Shown here: in pieces, positions 59,805 to 64,000 of the stretch
How positions within the stretch are numbered: the stretch's first letter is position 1
Layout of the letters: every line of letters starts with the position of its first letter
Source: Gemmatimonadaceae bacterium
GTDB taxonomy: Bacteria; Gemmatimonadota; Gemmatimonadetes; Gemmatimonadales; Gemmatimonadaceae
Length of the DNA stretch: 64,000 nt
Direction: 5' to 3'
Assembly (NCBI GenBank): GCA_051859245.1
Contig: JBHYGA010000001.1
Location: 1,533,722 to 1,597,721 of the forward strand
Notes under the pieces: model-generated
Seen by the model: only the letters and a program-made list of their open reading frames with translations
The model's database searches: none
Told to the model about the DNA's origin: nothing
Made by a program: the position numbers and the translations under genes

Positions 59805-60125
59805 ATGCCCACGACTGCTGCATCCCTGCTGCTCACGGCGAGACAACGCGCCGGGCTGTCCCAGCGAGTGCTGGCCGAACGCGCGAGCACGAGTCAGTCT
59901 GTGGTGGCGCGTATCGAGTTGGGTGAGACCTCGCCCTCGTGGGATACGCTGGAACGGCTGCTCGCCGCCGCCGGCTTCCAGCTGGACGTGAGTCTGTCGC
60001 TGCGGCCCGTGCGCGGTTCACACATGCTCGCTGACGTTGCGCGGATACTGAGCCTGACACCGGCTGAGCGGCTGCGTGAGGTGGCGAACGCGAGTCGGTT
60101 TGCCACGGTGACCAAACGTGCGTAA
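59805..60125 (+). CDS. Xre-family HTH protein (putative antitoxin/repressor)
   Basis: ARQRAGLSQRVLAERASTSQSVVARIELG..SPSWDTLERLL HTH, with an LTP.ERL C-terminal motif. Confidence 0.88.
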   Translation: MPTTAASLLLTARQRAGLSQRVLAERASTSQSVVARIELGETSPSWDTLERLLAAAGFQLDVSLSLRPVRGSHMLADVARILSLTPAERLREVANASRFATVTKRA

Positions 60126-60609
60126 GGCCTCTGTGTTTGATCCGGAGCGCATTTTTGAAGTGCTCGGCAAACATCATGTGTCCTTTGTGCTCGTCGGCGC
60201 GCTCGCCGCACGACTACACGGATTCCCGCGGTTTACGGCAGACGCCGATATCACGCCGGAATCGTCACCTGAAAATATCGAGCGTCTCGCAGCGGCGTTA
60301 CGCGAACTCAACGCGCGGGTGTTCACGGATGCTGTTCCGGAAGGGCTGGCGTTCGATTGTTCGCCTGCGATGTTGTCGCGCAGCTTGCTCTGGAATTTGG
60401 TCACGGATGCAGGTCGCGTCGATCTCGTCTTCAAGCCCGCAGGCTCTAAAGGCTTCGATGAGTTGCGCGCGCACGCGGTCGCGTTTGATATCAATGGCAC
60501 ACCGCTGTACGCGGCGACATTGCGCGACATCCTGCGGCTAAAGCAGGCCTCTGATCGTCCGCAGGATCGACAGGACGTAATTGTCATTCGCGAGATGTTG
60601 GGGGAATAG
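60118..60609 (+). CDS. Nucleotidyltransferase-fold protein (AbiEii/DUF6036-like putative toxin)
   Basis: VGALA..LHG.PR.T.D.D Pol-beta-like motif, a third Asp in RVDLV, and C-terminal LK..S.R.QD..D; 8-nt overlap with the HTH gene. Confidence 0.75.
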   Translation: MRKASVFDPERIFEVLGKHHVSFVLVGALAARLHGFPRFTADADITPESSPENIERLAAALRELNARVFTDAVPEGLAFDCSPAMLSRSLLWNLVTDAGRVDLVFKPAGSKGFDELRAHAVAFDINGTPLYAATLRDILRLKQASDRPQDRQDVIVIREMLGE

Positions 60610-60935
60610 CATCATGGCGGTGATGCGTCGGAAAACGAGGCGCTAGCGCATCGCCCCCGGGGGCGGGGTACGGTCCGAATCAGGGCCCTCGGTGGGACGA
60701 TCCGTGTACAGGATCCGGTGTGCTAGATCACTGTCCCACAATCGCTTGTGCCCTTTTGGGTCAACCGATAGCTTAAGTTCAATATCTGTCCCGTGGTGCG
60801 GTGCGCGCGTGGGCGGTTCGTTGGTGCCGGCCTCTCCCTTTTGGGGGAGAGCACGGTCCAGTGGGTCGCCCCGTGGTGTTTTGTGCCCCGGTCAATCATC
60901 GCGTATCCGCGCTCACGCGCTACCCTGGTACCTGG

Positions 60936-61970
60936 ATGTTCTGGCCCTTCAAAAAAGCGTCGCTGTTCCCGGCAAACGCCATTGCCGTTGACCTTGGTAC
61001 CGCGAACACGCTCATCTACGTGAAGGGCGAGGGCATCGTGCTGAACGAGCCCTCCGTGGTCGCGCTGGATCGCGAAACGAAAAAGATCAAAGGCGTTGGA
61101 CTCGAAGCCAAGCGCATGCTCGGACGCACGCCCGATGGCATCATGGCGGTGCGTCCCATGAAAGACGGCGTGATCGCCGACTTTGATGTGACCGAAAAAA
61201 TGCTGCGCTATTTTCTCACGCTCGTGATCGACAAGCACGTCTTCAAAGTGAAGCCGCGTGTGATTGTGTGCGTGCCGTCCGGCATTACCGAAGTGGAAAA
61301 ACGCGCCGTGCGCGACTCCGCGCTCGGTGCGGGCGCGAAGGAAGTGTTCATGGTGACCGAGCCCATGGCCGCCGCAATTGGTGTCGGCCTGCCGGTTGAC
61401 TCACCAACGGGCAACATGGTGATCGACATTGGCGGTGGCACCACCGAAATCGCCGTGATCGCGCTCAGCGGTATTGTGAGCGACACATCCATTCGCACCG
61501 GCGGCGATGAGCTCGACATGAGCATCGTGCAGTTCATGCGCAAGAATTACAATCTGCTCATTGGTGAACCCACCGCCGAGCAGGTGAAGATTCAGATTGG
61601 GTCGGCGTATCCGGTTGGTGAAGAGCGCGAGATGGAAGTGAAGGGACGTGATCTCGTGTCGGGTATTCCGAAAACAGTGCGAGTGCATTCCAGCGAGATT
61701 CGCGAAGCGGTGCAGGAACCGATTCAGCAGATCGTTGACGCGGTGCGGCGTGCGCTCGAAATCACGCCGCCTGAACTTGCGTCTGATATTGTGGACCGCG
61801 GCATTGTGATGACCGGTGGTGGCGCGCTGATTCGCGGTCTTGATGTCTTGCTCAGTCAGGAAACCGGATTGCCGATCCACGTTGACGAGGATCCGCTCAC
61901 CTGTGTCGTGCGTGGCACAGGCAAGATTCTCGACGACGAAGAGAAGTACTGGTCGGTTCTCACGACCTGA
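60936..61970 (+). CDS. mreB: Rod shape-determining protein MreB
   Basis: [32 protein letters not shown] and TGGGAL motifs. ATG at 60936. Confidence 0.97.
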   Translation: MFWPFKKASLFPANAIAVDLGTANTLIYVKGEGIVLNEPSVVALDRETKKIKGVGLEAKRMLGRTPDGIMAVRPMKDGVIADFDVTEKMLRYFLTLVIDKHVFKVKPRVIVCVPSGITEVEKRAVRDSALGAGAKEVFMVTEPMAAAIGVGLPVDSPTGNMVIDIGGGTTEIAVIALSGIVSDTSIRTGGDELDMSIVQFMRKNYNLLIGEPTAEQVKIQIGSAYPVGEEREMEVKGRDLVSGIPKTVRVHSSEIREAVQEPIQQIVDAVRRALEITPPELASDIVDRGIVMTGGGALIRGLDVLLSQETGLPIHVDEDPLTCVVRGTGKILDDEEKYWSVLTT

Positions 61971-61979
61971 TCGCGCGCC

Positions 61980-63071
61980 ATGTCGTCCCGCAACGCGCGC
62001 GCCAACAATCGGCTCGACACGGGACTGTTGCTCGCGTGTTGTGTCTTCTCCGTTCTGGCGCTGGTTCTACCGGAGCGCATCGGCGCGCCGCTCTCTGACG
62101 GCATCCGTCGCACGGTGCTTGCACCGCTCGTTGGGGCGCAGCGCCAATCGGAAACGCTGCGCGCCGCAATCGTCAAACGCGATGACGATTTGTTGCTGCG
62201 CGGCAAGGCGGCCGCGCAGGTTGCCACGGCACCGGAACTCGCCAGCGAAAACGACGCACTGCGTCGCATGCTCGGACTCGCGGGTCGGTTGCGAGATGGA
62301 TTTGTGGTCGCCGATGCGTTTCATCCAGCTGGTCTGACAGACGACTTCACGCTCACGATTGCGGCGGGTAGCAACGCCGGTGTGCAGCGTTACACGCCCG
62401 TTGTGACGGCTGACGGACTGGTTGGTATGGTGGAGTCCATCGACGCGACGCGAAGTCTCGCCATCACCTGGGCGCACCCGGACTTCAGTGTGAGCGCGAT
62501 CAGTGCCGACGAATCGGCGTTTGGAATTGTGAAGCCGCATCTCGTGAACGGACCGGAACGCTATCTGCTCGAGCTGCGTGGTGTGCCGTTTCGTGCATCG
62601 CTCGATTCCGGAACGCTCATTGTGAGTTCAGGACTCGGTGCGACATATCCGCGCGGCATTGCGATCGGCACGGTGATCAGCGAGATCCCGACGACCGAGC
62701 GCTGGGCGCGCACGTATTTGCTGAAGCCGAGTGTGTTGCCGAATACGTTGTCCGCCGTGGTGTTGTTGTTGCCATCGCGTGTGGCATCGGGTGTGTCGGC
62801 TGTGTGGACGAACGTCACATCGGCTGACTCGGCAGCGCGCGCAATTGTTGCGGCCAGCGATTCGGCATCACGCGCGGCGGCGCTCGCCGAATTGTCTGCA
62901 CGAAATCTGGCCATGCAGGCGGCGGCCGATAGCGCGCGAGCCGATTCCATGTTGCTTCCACTCGGAACCGCGCCGGTGGTTCGACCGCCGGTCACGATTC
63001 CGGTGCGACCAACGCTGCCAGGTGATACGGTGCGTCGCCCGCCGGTGATCCCGCCGGAGGGCACGCGATGA
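61980..63071 (+). CDS. mreC: Rod shape-determining protein MreC
   Basis: TM helix, coiled coil (L..EN..LR.ML), GLVG.V and SGLG..YP.GI.IG.V; follows mreB. Confidence 0.9.
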   Translation: MSSRNARANNRLDTGLLLACCVFSVLALVLPERIGAPLSDGIRRTVLAPLVGAQRQSETLRAAIVKRDDDLLLRGKAAAQVATAPELASENDALRRMLGLAGRLRDGFVVADAFHPAGLTDDFTLTIAAGSNAGVQRYTPVVTADGLVGMVESIDATRSLAITWAHPDFSVSAISADESAFGIVKPHLVNGPERYLLELRGVPFRASLDSGTLIVSSGLGATYPRGIAIGTVISEIPTTERWARTYLLKPSVLPNTLSAVVLLLPSRVASGVSAVWTNVTSADSAARAIVAASDSASRAAALAELSARNLAMQAAADSARADSMLLPLGTAPVVRPPVTIPVRPTLPGDTVRRPPVIPPEGTR

Positions 63072-63571
63072 ATCCGTGGAGCATGTTGCGTGCAAGCGCC
63101 GTGTTTTTGCTGCTTGTGGCCGCGCACTTCTCGTTGCGGCCTTTGATTGGCGGCCCTGCGCCGATTGATTTTCTGTCGCTGGCCGTGCTGTTCGCCGCCG
63201 TGCGCGTACGCCCGGGCGCTGCAGCGGTGATTGGCATGCTGGCAGGCTTCGGTGCCGACTCGCTCGCCCTGTCGGGCTTTGGCACGTCGGCATTGGCGTT
63301 CACCGCGGTTGCCTTCGGTGCCTCGTGGCTCAAGGCTGTGTTCTTTGCGGACAATCTTGGACTCACCGCGCTGTTTATTCTGCTGGGCAAGTGGGCGTTT
63401 GATGTGCTCTACGTGCTCATCAGCGGTGGTGTCCCTGATGGACAGGTGCTCGTTCAGTTGTTGTTGTGGTCACCGCTCGCCGCTGCACTGACCGCACTGG
63501 TTGGTGTCATGCTGCTCGTGTTGGCGCGACCAGTATTTGGTACGCGTCGCGCCACGCGACGTTCACGGTAG
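63068..63571 (+). CDS. mreD: Rod shape-determining protein MreD
   Basis: Hydrophobic multi-TM protein with G...D.L...FG; lies between mreC and PBP2. Confidence 0.85.
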   Translation: MNPWSMLRASAVFLLLVAAHFSLRPLIGGPAPIDFLSLAVLFAAVRVRPGAAAVIGMLAGFGADSLALSGFGTSALAFTAVAFGASWLKAVFFADNLGLTALFILLGKWAFDVLYVLISGGVPDGQVLVQLLLWSPLAAALTALVGVMLLVLARPVFGTRRATRRSR

Positions 63572-63625
63572 CGGTGATCGTATGCGTTTCTGCGGTTGTT
63601 GTACGCTGCGTTCACGGAGGTGTGT

Positions 63626-64000
63626 ATGAGTTACCATCCGAATGAAGTGGCGCGACGCGCGCGTGCGGCGCGTGCCGTCGTCGCGCTTGTTCTGGCTGCA
63701 CTCGGGCTGGGATTCTTTCGCGCGCAGGTGTTGCGGAGCAATGAGTATGCGATGCAAGTGGACGGCCAGCGATTGCGCGAAGTGCCGCTCGCGGCGCCGC
63801 GTGGCATCATCTATGATCGCAACGGCGAAATTGTCGCCGAGAATTTGCCTGGCTACACCGTCTCCCTGTTGAGCCCAACGGTCGATTCGTTGAACTCGGC
63901 GCTCGATGCGTTGAGCAAGGTGATTCCGATTGACCGCGTGCAGCGCAATCTTGTGATGCGCCGGTTTGAGCGTGCGAGAAACCGACCAGCCGTGATTTTT
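63626..64000 (+). CDS. mrdA: Penicillin-binding protein 2 (5' part, runs off the window; absent from the ORF track)
   Basis: GGAGG RBS, then MSYHPNEV, a TM helix, FFRAQV and APRGIIYDRNG...AENLP, the PBP dimerisation-domain motif. Confidence 0.9.
   Translation, partial: MSYHPNEVARRARAARAVVALVLAALGLGFFRAQVLRSNEYAMQVDGQRLREVPLAAPRGIIYDRNGEIVAENLPGYTVSLLSPTVDSLNSALDALSKVIPIDRVQRNLVMRRFERARNRPAVIF

Overview
GC-rich bacterial chromosomal window. Gene order and protein features point to Gemmatimonadota (Gemmatimonas-like), which is an inference. It is mostly housekeeping: a probable 6S RNA, rny-folD-xseAB-ispA-dxs-nadK-recN, tRNA-Gly/tRNA-Leu, a lysine/DAP operon, an aroA-cmk fusion, rpsA, a biotin-dependent acyl-CoA carboxylase operon, rplM-rpsI-rpsB-tsf-pyrH-frr-uppS-cdsA-dxr-rseP, rpsO-pnp, ald and mreBCD-mrdA. 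The standout accessory locus sits just downstream of tRNA-Leu. It is a translationally coupled operon of full-length trifunctional propionyl-CoA synthase (Pcs, 1828 aa) and bifunctional malonyl-CoA reductase (Mcr), the two signature enzymes of the 3-hydroxypropionate bi-cycle. The Pcs reductase domain appears to carry Met naturally at the position that was engineered in another Pcs to raise carboxylase activity. Other accessory elements: a hipBA-like TA module, a decayed secreted-protein gene and an orphan gene between cmk and rpsA; an Xre/nucleotidyltransferase pair with a palindromic operator; and a PEP-CTERM gene with a consensus sigma-54 promoter. No CRISPR array, rRNA, integrase or transposase was seen. 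Several start codons were moved from the ORF track by eye, and all annotations rest on motif recognition without database searches.
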